A DNA stretch of 63,973 nucleotides, counting the filler, from Octopus bimaculoides (taxonomy: Eukaryota): NCBI RefSeq assembly GCF_001194135.2. It is 8 parts of 8 records of this genome, joined end to end, with 100 filler letters (N's around TTAATTAATTAA, not from the genome) between each part and the next. Parts side by side here need not be neighbours in the genome. Positions count along the whole stretch, not along the records: positions 51,305 to 53,807 come from NC_068997.1; positions 53,908 to 57,472 come from NW_026330044.1; positions 57,573 to 62,861 come from NC_069007.1; positions 62,962 to 63,973 come from NW_026403121.1; 4 more parts are not named here. The stretch is one strand, 5' to 3'. Below are positions 52,904-63,973 of the stretch, piece by piece (within the stretch, counting starts at the first letter, position 1; every line of letters starts with the position of its first letter). The notes beneath the pieces were generated by a model. The model did no database searches. It was not told the origin of the DNA and was given only the letters and a program-made list of their open reading frames with translations. Both the position numbers and the translations under genes were made by a program.

Positions 52904-54469
52904 CACAAAAAATTCCATACAAATATACAGTAAGAGATAAAAACAAAAATGAAATAGAAATAAAAATAAAAGCCGTACCCTTATTTTTATTTTTATTTCT
53001 ATTTTGTTTTTGTTTTGATCTCGTCGGAATTCGAACTCTGCACGTAAAGACGGACGAAATACCGCTTAGCCTTTTGCTCGACGTGCTAACGATTCTACCA
53101 GCTCTTGTGAATGCACATAACCTAGTGGTTAGGGTGTTGCATTCCCGATGGCCAAGACCATGATTTCGATACCCAAGACCAAGGTTTTGATACCCAGATG
53201 GTGCGCTGTGCTCTTGAGCAAAACACTTCATTTCACGTTTTATTCAGGCCCCTCAACTGCGTTCAGGAGGAACGTTAGCCTGCCTGCCAAACCAACAGGA
53301 TGTCATCATTCTAAAGCTACAACAATATGAGGAAGCGCATTGTGATCAGCGACGTACAGCAACAACAACCAATAGACTGGTCGGTACAGCGATATAGTGA
53401 TATTAACTATTATCAAGTAAAAATTTATCATAAATTTTTTCATGGTTATTATGTTTTGAAAATAGATATTTTAGTATCATAGTTTTTCATGTATCTCCGA
53501 GATCAATGTGAATATATCTGAATTATTTTTGTAATTTTCTCATAAATATTTGCATCTTGCTGGAATTGATGCTAAGATATTGAAAGAAAGATACGTTCTT
53601 TACAGACTTTATAGCTGCGTGGTTAAGAAACTCGCTTTGGAACCACGTGATTTTGTATTCAATTCCGCTGCACTGCTTCTTGAGCTAGTATCTTCTACAA
53701 AAAACTCCTAGCCAACCAAAGCCATGTGAATGAATTTTGTAAACAGAAAATATATGGAAGTCGTCGTGTGTATATATGTATATGTATGTATATATATATA
53801 TATATATNNNNNNNNNNNNNNNNNNNNNNNNNNNNNNNNNNNNNNNNNNNNTTAATTAATTAANNNNNNNNNNNNNNNNNNNNNNNNNNNNNNNNNNNNN
53901 NNNNNNNCCCATGTATATAATCCGGGATGTGGTTTGTTCGTTTTTATCCATTTATTTCAATGTATTTTTATGTGTATATGCATGTTTATTTTTGTATGAC
54001 ATATATATAGAAATATACACACTTAGAAATATATCATATGTATGTGTTTATGCGCGTATATATAGTATATATGCTCATATATGCATATGAATGTGTGTAT
54101 ATATATATACTTGCACTCCGTCGGTTATGACGACAAGGGTTCCAGTTGATCCAATCAACGGAACTGCCTGCTCGTGAAATTAACTTGCAAGTGACTGAGC
54201 ACTCCACAGGCACGTAGTTCTCAGGGAGATTCAGCGTGACACAGAGTGTGACAATGCTGGCCCGTTGAAATACAGATAGAACAGAAACAGGAACAGAGTT
54301 GTGGTGAAAGCTTACAGCAGGGTTTGCCTCCACATCCTGCCTGAGCTTCGTGGAGCTTTAAATATTTTCGCTCAGAAAACACTCACAATCGAAACCGCGA
54401 TCCTATGACCGCGAGTCTGCTGCCTGACCACTGGGCCATTTCCGCCTCCACACACACACACACACACAT

Positions 54470-54780
54470 ATCATTCCAACGGATTTCCTTATAGAGTGTC
54501 CTGGCTACAACATCATGCCTCACTGGAAGATAATACCGTGATGGCATTTTCGGACAACTGCTTATGATGTGGGTGATATATCAGGTATTAAATCTGTAAA
54601 GTCTGCATTCGCTGTCACATTTTACTACTTTTCCTGCATCTATTACCTTTTGTGCATCAGGTATTTAGTTGATATTTCCTTTTCCTGGATTGTAGATGCA
54701 TACTCTTCAAAGTGGGAGGTAGTAATCCGGCTATTGATCCATGATAGACTGCAATAAATACCTGTTGAATTAGTACTAGT
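54470..54780 (-). mobile_element. Decayed CCHC zinc-knuckle region of an RLE LINE
   Basis: Minus strand gives IQEKEISTKYL and ITHIISSCPKMPSRYYLPVRHDVVARTLY. A related decayed copy lies on + at ~56600-56930. Confidence 0.7.
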
Positions 54781-55272
54781 CTTTAAAACAACATTTCTTT
54801 TGGTCGAGATTTTTTTCAATTGAATCAATATAAGGCAATGTCACAGCATTGCCTTATAGTCCATTGACTAAAACAAAAGATAAAAGACTCCTTTGACTGG
54901 GATAGGATTATCCTTATTGGATTTAGATTAAGAATACTCGTTGCCCAAAGATGTCGATGTTCGTATCATTATATTCGCCACAAAATCACTTATGTTAACA
55001 ACTCTTGCAAAATAATGTGCGTTTATATCTTATGTCTTATTAAGGTATATTTGTTAGAATATAACGGGGATCCTTGGCTACTAAGTCATTTACCGTTTAT
55101 TATAGTAACTATACGCACGGCTGCATGATTAAGAAACCTGCTTTGCAGCCACATAGTTTCAGTTTCAGTCCCACAAGTGTATTCTATTATAGCTCCAATC
55201 ACTTTGTTAGGCTTGTCCAAGCATCGCTACGTTCCAATGACTTGGGGAAGAGAGATAGACAGACAGACAGAC

Positions 55273-55348
<76 letters not shown>

Positions 55349-58300
55349 TAATTGATTAATTGATTGATTGACTGATAGATATTTATGTAGGTAGGGATTG
55401 ATGTAGAAGATTCACAGCAGGGAAGCGGACATACACATACACACTAGCATATATGCAGAAATATAGACATATAGACGCATGTATGATTATGTGAATGTAT
55501 CTATATATGTATAAGCTAATATCAGTGTATATATACAGACATATATACATTTATATATATACTACAATAAACAATGTATATATACTGAACATTCTACAGT
55601 TGAATCTAAAAAAAGAGTGCTATATATAGAAATATAAAATTGACACCGAACATAACAATACAAGTGATAGGAAAATTAAAGTGTAAAACATCAGAGTCAA
55701 AATAACAGATTTGCATTTATGAAAATGAATTTTCTACTAAAAAAAACACAATGATTTCAAATATTTTTTGAGGATATTGAAATTTTGGGTTCAAGATAAT
55801 CGTCAGAAGTTCTTAAGCACCCATTAAAACACTTGTACTCTTTATACTTTATTTCATCTATCATCAGACAATATGTATACATACATATATACACACACAC
55901 GCCTATATATATATACACATATATACATGCATATTTNNNNNNNNNNNNNNNNNNNNNNNNNNNNNNNNNNNNNNNNNNNNNNNNNNNNNNNNNNNNNNNN
56001 NNNNNNNNNNNNNNNNNNNNNNNNNNNNNNNNNNNNNNNNNNNNNNNNNNNNNNNNNNNNNNNNNNNNNNNNNNNNNNNNNNNNNNNNNNNNNNNNNNNN
56101 NNNNNNNNNNNNNNNNNNNNNNNNNNNNNNNNNNNNNNNNNNNNNNNNNNNNNNNNNNNNNNNNNNNNNNNNNNNNNNNNNNNNNNNNNNNNNNNNNNNN
56201 NNNNNNNNNNNNNNNNNNNNNNNNNNNNNNNNNNNNNNNNNNNNNNNNNNNNNNNNNNNNNNNNNNNNNNNNNNNNNNNNNNNNNNNNNNNNNNNNNNNN
56301 NNNNNNNNNNNNNNNNNNNNNNNNNNNNNNNNGTGTCTTTATGTCATACCTCAAAGAAGACCAAACGAGGACATTATATACATAAAATCATATGTATATA
56401 TACATACATACATACATACATACATACATACATACATACATACATACATACGTATATACGTACGTACATATGCCGATCGTGATCGTCAAATCATACGTTG
56501 AAGGCAAAGGGTTTACAATCCAAGATCTAGATATTACAGCACATTTCTAAAAATCAAACAAAATTACAAAATGAAAACATGGATGTAAATAAAAATGTAA
56601 ATGGATGTAAATAAAAATGTTGATTATGCTACAACTCTTTGGAAGACGATACATGTGATAGGCAGCTACCCAAGTATTTCGTCAAAGTATTACCTGTAAA
56701 TGTGTCAAGACGTTGTCGCTAAAACAATATACAATGTCATCCGAAAAGTAGACTACCTTAGGATAAATATAGAATATCTTACTGTTATTGATTATATACG
56801 TAAACATCAACACAAGAAATGCTGGTAGTGCATTCCCATTAATACGCCTACCAAGTGCAAATATAACAGCTCCAAAACAGTTGGTTGTGATAGACAAGAA
56901 AAATTATGTACTGTCAAGGACAACTACCTTTCTGATATAAATATTTCTTGGAAAATCGAAGAGAAAAAGTATAATCAGCACAACAAGCTTCTATGCCTAG
57001 CTTAATGATTCACTTTTATTCTAATAATAATTGGTTCACTTGGTTTTGTGAGTAAATGCCTAAGTGAAAATCAGAAAAGGCGAAGGGTTTCAGACAAAAT
57101 AATCAATCAGCGTATACAAATACAATCTTTAAGCGGAGCAGTAAAGATCCGAAAGTTTTTTTGTCAAGTTCAAAATGTGACATTGCTTTTCTTATTAACG
57201 TTCTAAAGATGAATCTTTGTGTTCTTGTTAGAGACCAACTTCTCTCTTACAGAAAAATTTCAAATAATTAAAACTAGTAGAGAATATTCATAACTGGTCC
57301 GAGGCTACAGTATAAAACGCTTTCCCAACGTTCCATGCAGTGGGATTGAGCCTGGAACTATGAGCTTGGGAAGCAAGCTTCTTAGCTGACAACCACGCCT
57401 ACACCTATATATATCTTCATTCATATACTATATGTGCGTACGTGTGTGTGTATTTCTATCTATCTATCTATCNNNNNNNNNNNNNNNNNNNNNNNNNNNN
57501 NNNNNNNNNNNNNNNNTTAATTAATTAANNNNNNNNNNNNNNNNNNNNNNNNNNNNNNNNNNNNNNNNNNNNAGGCACAACAGAAACAGGAAGTAAGAGT
57601 GAGAGAAAGTTGTGGTGAAAGAGTACAGCAGGGTTCGCCACCATCCCCTGCCGGAGCCTCGTGGAGCTTTAGGTGTTTTTCGCTCAATAAACACTCACAA
57701 CGCCCGGTCTGGGAATCGAGACCGCGATCCTATGACCGCGAGTCCGCTGCCCTAACCACTGGGCCATTGCGCCTCCACTTATACAGAGCATAGAACAAAT
57801 GTAAATAGAAAAAGAATAGTTGAGGCGATTACACTTCACGACCGGTTGATGTCACCTTTTCTCTGCAGGTTCAATATCAAGGTTTTCTCTCTAAGATCCA
57901 TGATTTACTGCGGATAATATTGTATACATGGTGGGATATCTATCCTTTCTATTATTTCAGTCTTTGTGCACTTAGAGGACAGCAGTCCTTCCGTGATTGC
58001 TGTTATCCTTTACTTAGTTTTGCTCACTAGCCGCAGTGATGTACCGTGGCATCGCTATCGGTGTGTCCTATACTCTTCTGCGAGCCACATGTGAGAGCTG
58101 GGTTGTAGTGGGAGACCTAGTGCTTTTGTAAGTGTCTGAAGACGTACAGCTGACGTATTTACCGAAATAACTACACCTTACGCGCTTTCCCAAACACCGC
58201 ATTACAATTCTATAAACATAGAATACTACAAAAAATAAATGAGAACAATATTTACGGAGCGTTTGCTAACAGAAGCCAAAGATCAACACGTACACAGATA

Positions 58301-58868
58301 GAAGATAGAGTTAGAATAAATAAGGGCAAAGAATGGCTAAAGTGTATGGCAGGAATTTTAATGAGAACACAAAGCGTTTATTTATGTGGTAGGGAGCTGA
58401 GAAAATGAAACATTGTAATCGTTAAGTGTTTGACAGTAAGAACTGGAAGATAAACGAAGAGGCAGATATTTACCAAAGTGCAAGAAATTGGGTTATCATC
58501 TCTATCAAAGGAGTAGTTAGTGGTCGGAGGTATTATACAAATACAAACAACAATGTTGATTTCTAATTCAGGCACGGGCAATTGTAGTGATTTTGAGGGA
58601 AGGTTTGGAGCAGGGGTTAGTCGATACTATAAGGACCCTTATTTTTGACTGGTAGTTTATTTTGTCGACCCAGAAAGAATAGAATGTAAAGATTGAGCAA
58701 GATGTGAACTTGGAGCGTAAAGGGCTGGAAAAAAATCCTGCAGAACATTTCTTCCGACGTCCATGCATTACCAACGAACGAACGAACGAATGAACGAACG
58801 AACGAACGAACCAACCAACCAACCAAACAACTAATGAATGAATGAATTAATAAATCAAACAACCACCA

Positions 58869-58939
<71 letters not shown>

Positions 58940-59161
58940 CCTTTCTACTATAGGCACAAAGCCTGCATTTCGTGGGGAGGGGACTAGCCGATTACATCGA
59001 CCCCAGTGTTGCAGTGGTACTTAACTTATCGATTCCGAAAGAATGAAAAGCAAAGTCGACCACTGCGGAATTGGAACTCAGAACGTAGCGACGGGCGAAA
59101 TACCGCTAAGCATTTTGTCCAGCACGCTAACGATTCTGACAGCTCGTCGCTTTACTCATTC

Positions 59162-59209
<48 letters not shown>

Positions 59210-59233
59210 GTAGTAGTAGTAGTAGTAGTAGTA

Positions 59234-59760
59234 ACAGAATGATCCATTGGGAAATCCCGGTCTACAAAGAGCAGAGACGTGGCATAAACAAACTCCAGAA
59301 GGAGTCACCGGAAATAAGATTTGCAAAATCCTGTGAGATGCAATGATTCAGTGTGATCACCTGACCAGACATCGGAAAGCGGACATTGTTTTGGTGAATA
59401 AAAAAGAAAGAACATGTATGATAATCGACATAGCATACTCTGGTGACAACAGGATCAATAAAGAAGAATAAAAAAAAAACAACTATGACGATTTGAAGTG
59501 GAAAACACGAAGGTTGTGGTGAATGAGGAGAGTTGAAGTAGTACCAATAGAAATTGGCGCTCAACTACCAACATGGCTGAAAAAGATTGGTGCAAGTGTG
59601 AAGGTAGAACACCTCCAAAAGTCAGCATTGCTTGGAACTGCAAGAATTCTTCGCAGTGTTCTTGAAGCATGACCAGTAAACCAGTGTCTCCTTAGTTTGC
59701 TGGCTGTGGGCAGCTGACACTTTCCAACATACCCAGCAAAATAAGCTGTGAGTTTCCATC
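59234..59760 (+). mobile_element. 5'-truncated Dong/R4-type LINE: restriction-like endonuclease domain and 3' UTR
   Basis: Decayed HRKADIVLVNKKERTCMIIDIA..GDNRI...YDDLKW...VEVVPI.IGA...QKSALLGTARILRSVLEA* (PD-(D/E)xK fold motifs). Flanked by (AAT)n/(AGT)n upstream and (AAT)n downstream. Confidence 0.88.
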
Positions 59761-59761
59761 A

Positions 59762-59804
<43 letters not shown>

Positions 59805-59805
59805 G

Positions 59806-59878
59806 GGGAAGTTGGAAGAAGACACCGGGGAAGTTGAAGGAGACACCGGGGAAGTTGGAAGAATTCACCGGGGAAGTT
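59806..59878 (+). repeat. 21-bp minisatellite, about 3.5 copies
   Basis: ggggaagttg(g)aagRagacacc repeated. Confidence 0.8.
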
Positions 59879-61070
59879 TAACATGTGAGTACGATAAATC
59901 ACTGCTCCGAAACATCCAAAAACATCGGAAATAAAGACATCGCATGGAGCCAAAAAAATAGCTGACAAAGGGTTGGACTATACCCGAGTAAGTAATACTC
60001 ATTGAAATTTATTTCTATTTTTCCAAATATAATGATGTATTTTAACTTGATACCTCCACTACCCGAACAGCGATCGTAAACACACGTGTTACATCAAAAT
60101 TCAGACCATCTCCAAACCCAAACACCATGTACAAAAAATAGCTGACAAAGGGTTGGACTATATCCGAGTAAGTAATACTCATTGAAATTTATCTCTATTT
60201 TTCCNNNNNNNNNNNNNNNNNNNNNNNNNNNNNNNNNNNNNNNNNNNNNNNNNNNNNNNNNNNNNNNNNNNNNNNNNNNNNNNNNNNNNNNNNNNNNNNN
60301 NNNNNNNNNNNNNNNNNNNNNNNNNNNNNNNNNNNNNNNNNNNNNNNNNNNNNNNNNNNNNNNNNNNNNNNNNNNNNNNNNNNNNNNNNNNNNNNNNNNN
60401 NNNNNNNNNNNNNNNNNNNNNNNNNNNNNNNNNNNNNNNNNNNNNNNNNNNNNNNNNNNNNNNNNNNNNNNNNNNNNNNNNNNNNNNNNNNNNNNNNNNN
60501 NNNNNNNNNNNNNNNNNNNNNNNNNNNNNNNNNNNNNNNNNNNNNNNNNNNNNNNNNNNNNNNNNNNNNNNNNNNNNNNNNNNNNNNNNNNNNNNNNNNN
60601 NNNNNNNNNNNNNNNNNNNNNNNNNNNNNNNNNNNNNNNNNNNNNNNNNNNNNNNNNNNNNNNNNNNNNNNNNNNNNNNNNNNNNNNNNNNNNNNNNNNN
60701 NNNNNNNNNNNNNNNNNNNNNNNNNNNNNNNNNNNNNNNNNNNNNNNNNNNNNNNNNNNNNNNNNNNNNNNNNNNNNNNNNNNNNNNNNNNNNNNNNNNN
60801 NNNNNNNNNNNNNNNNNNNNNNNNNNNNNNNNNNNNNNNNNNNNNNNNNNNNNNNNNNNNNNNNNNNNNNNNNNNNNNNNNNNNNNNNNNNNNNNNNNNN
60901 NNNNNNNNNNNNNNNNNNNNNNNNNNNNNNNNNNNNNNNNNNNNNNNNNNNNNNNNNNNNNNNNNNNNNNNNNNNNNNNNNNNNNNNNNNNNNNNNNNNN
61001 NNNNNNNNNNNNNNNNNNNNNNNNNNNNNNNNNNNNNNNNNNNNNNNNNNNNNNNNNNNNNNNNNNNNNN

Positions 61071-61449
61071 AAAACTACTGAACAATAATAATAATGATAA
61101 TAATAATAATAATAAACTTTCAAAATACAAAGACCTGGAAATAGAGATAACTCGAATGTGGAATCTAAAAACAGAAACAATTACTATCATAGTAGGCGCC
61201 TTAGGTATAATAAAAAAAATATTCAGATAAATACGTAACAAAAACACCAGGACTTACAAATATATATAACATACAGAAAATTGCATTACTGGGTACTGCA
61301 CACATTCTATGCAAAACACTTTCAATACAGTAAACATAAGAGCACCACAGCAAACCACAGCACATACCCAAGGCACAGAGCTGCGCTCGGTAGTGAAGTG
61401 AAAGCACGTTATAAAAATAAAACTACTGAACAATAATAATAATAATAAC
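61071..61449 (+). mobile_element. Head-to-tail RLE-LINE 3' ends
   Basis: KLSKYKDLEIEITRMWNLKTETITIIVGALGIIKK...QKIALLGTAHILCKTLSIQ*. The terminus aaaactactgaac(aat)n occurs both at 61071 and at 61419. Confidence 0.85.
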
Positions 61450-61697
61450 GTAATGTAAAGAAAATGTCAAAAGTTTTCGTACGTGACTTTCGGCCTACCC
61501 TGTATATATATACAACAAGCTTCTTTCAGTTTCCGCCTACCAGATCCACTCACAAGGCTTTCGTTGTACCGATGCTATAGTAGAGGACACATGCTCACGA
61601 AACCACGCAGTGGGACTGATCTCGAAACCTTGTGGTTAGGAAGCAAACATTTTACCACACATCACGCCTATATACATATACATGTACATACATACAT

Positions 61698-61742
<45 letters not shown>

Positions 61743-62960
61743 NNNNNNNNNNNNNNNNNNNNNNNNNNNNNNNNNNNNNNNNNNNNNNNNNNNNNNNNNN
61801 NNNNNNNNNNNNNNNNNNNNNNNNNNNNNNNNNNNNNNNNNNNNNNNNNNNNNNNNNNNNNNNNNNNNNNNNNNNNNNNNNNNNNNNNNNNNNNNNNNNN
61901 NNNNNNNNNNNNNNNNNNNNNNNNNNNNNNNNNNNNNNNNNNNNNNNNNNNNNNNNNNNNNNNNNNNNNNNNNNNNNNNNNNNNNNNNNNNNNNNNNNNN
62001 NNNNNNNNNNNNNNNNNNNNNNNNNNNNNNNNNNNNNNGGTAGGGGGGGGCCTTGTTCGGGGTGTTGTAAAGCGCTGACATAGAATATGTGCAGATGGGA
62101 AAGGCAGTTGAAACACTAGTGCGACGGTTGTGGTGGAGGTGTTGCTCGTGGTGCAGGGGAGCGATGGTTGTGACGTTTTTGTTTATGTTTACAGGTGGCG
62201 ATGACAAGAATGGGACTGTAGTGGCGGTGGTAGTTAGTGTTGTAGTTTTAGTGGCGGAGGTTAAATAGCAGTGGCGTTGGTGGTAGTGGTAGTTATCATT
62301 AACTGTTGAGGTAGTAGTTTCATGAGTTGTAGTGGTGATGTTAAGTGTCATGATGACAGTACAGGGTGTTCGGGCTAAATTTGACAATTTGCATGAAAGG
62401 AAAATCCCATCCAAAAATATAAGTATTTAATAAGAATCCAAATATATCAACTAAACGTATTGAGTTCTATATAAGATATTCTATGAAAATCATACGTTAC
62501 GATATCTATCTATCGATCTATCTATCTATATTTTATCTTTTACCTGTTTCAGTCATTTACTGTGGCCTTGAAGGATTTTAGTCGAACACATCGACCCTAG
62601 GACTTATTTTTTAAACATAGTACTTATTCTATCGGTGCCCTTTTGCTGAACCGCCAAATTACAGGAACGTAAACACACCAATCCCGGCTTATACATACAT
62701 ACATACATAAACACACACACATATATATATATATATATATGACGGGCTTCTTTCAGTTTCTATCTACCACATCTACACAACAGGTTTCGGTCGGCCCGAA
62801 GTTACAGTAGAAAACACTTGACCGAGGTGATAGGTAGTGGGACTGAACCCGGAACAATGAGNNNNNNNNNNNNNNNNNNNNNNNNNNNNNNNNNNNNNNN
62901 NNNNNTTAATTAATTAANNNNNNNNNNNNNNNNNNNNNNNNNNNNNNNNNNNNNNNNNNN

Positions 62961-63260
62961 NTTTTGAGGAGCCACTGGGTCAGAGAGACTTCCGGGTGTT
63001 TTTTCCTTTTCGTCCTCCCCATCCTTATCAGCCTTTCCACAATGGTTTTCGATTATGACATCTAGGGTGTCCATGTGTGGTCTGATGAGTGCATACGAGC
63101 GGAGGAATTCATTCTTCTTCCGCTCTATCTGTTCAGTGGTTCTGTGAAAGCCATTATTCTTCAGTGTAGCAGTGATGATGTTGTTTGGGGGATCGCCACT
63201 ACCAAATATCCATGCTCGCAACAGAAGATCTAACTCTTTCTTTTCCCACTTTGGTGCCAT
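62961..63260 (-). CDS. Myb/SANT-like (trihelix/MADF-type) DNA-binding domain protein, N-terminal part; runs into an N gap
   Basis: ATG in context gaagATGG. MAPKWEKKELDLLLRAWIFGSGDPPNNIITATLKNNGFHRTTEQIERKKNEFLRSY shows the W...E..LL..W / I...L...GF.RT.EQ...K.....Y pattern, followed by an acidic/low-complexity linker. Confidence 0.68.
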
Positions 63261-63299
63261 CTTCGTTTTTTAAGCTCAGAAAGGGAGTAGAGGATAGAG

Positions 63300-63973
63300 A
63301 GGAAGTGAAAGATAGCGGGAGGTAGAAAAGAAGAAACACAGAGGGGGGAATAGGGAAAGAGAGAGGGAGATATGAAGGAAAGAGAGAGTGAGATATGAAG
63401 GAAAAAGAGAGGGTGATAAGAGGAAGAGAGGGAGTGGGGGTGTTAAAGAGACTGAGGGAGGTAGAGGAGGGGGAGAGAAAGAGAAACAGAGTGAAGGAGA
63501 GGAGAGGAGGAGAAAGCGAAACAGAGGATGGGAGGAGAAAGAGAGACAGAGGATGGGAGGAGAAAGAGAGACAGAGGGAGGGAGGGAGAGGATGGGAAGA
63601 GAAAGAGGAAGAAACAAGAAAGGATGAAGGATGTGAGAGGAAGGGAGACACGGACTGAGAAGAGGGGGAAATGAAAAGTGTATGAGGAAGAAGTTGAAGT
63701 GACAGAAGGAGAGGAAGGCGTTGTGAGATGCAATGGAAAGGGAAGAGAACTGAGAAAAGTGGATGATATGAAAGCGAAGGAAAGAGATGAGAAAAAGGAG
63801 TGAGATATGGAAAGAAGAGGAAGATATGAAAGCGAGGGAGGGAGATGAGAAAAAGAGTAAGATATGGAAGACAGAGAGAGAGAGAGATATAGGTGTAAAG
63901 AGATAAAGGGAGAGAGAGAGAGGAGAAGCGGTACTTATGAAAAAGAGTGGGAGCAGGTAACGAAGATGTGTAG
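63300..63973. repeat. Purine-rich (GA-rich) low-complexity tract upstream of the Myb/SANT-like ORF
   Basis: About 670 nt dominated by G and A on the + strand. Confidence 0.85.

Noticed and set aside
59951-60204. ~73-bp direct repeat 180 bp apart ending at a gap
   Set aside because: May be a real tandem unit, but it cannot be separated from a gap-edge artefact; no further structure is supported.

Overview
AT-rich, gapped metazoan genomic DNA full of microsatellites and repeats. The SINE and microsatellite landscape looks like an octopus (coleoid cephalopod) draft assembly; this is my inference, not a database match. Host genes that can be supported: the last coding exon of PRKCSH (glucosidase II beta, ending RDEL) on + at 2313-2453; two in-phase exons of a CYP3-clan cytochrome P450 on - (19832-19928 and 16320-16436); and the N-terminal Myb/SANT-like (trihelix) ORF of a gene on - at 62961-63260. 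The rest is mostly mobile DNA: a decayed Tc1 with nested hAT and mariner elements, mariner fragments, a Helitron-like element, several SINE families, many Dong/R4-type RLE LINE fragments tied to (TAA)n tracts, and Penelope-like (PLE) remnants. The most notable signal is a type I hammerhead ribozyme motif with a complete catalytic core on the minus strand (52774-52903). It has a palindromic AGCT loop III and an unusual ~93-nt structured insertion in stem II. Several decayed hammerhead relics and a 1.9-kb PLE fold-back are also present. Most long ORFs in the supplied track are artefacts of N gaps or microsatellites. Repeat boundaries are read by eye and approximate unless a TSD or splice site is quoted.
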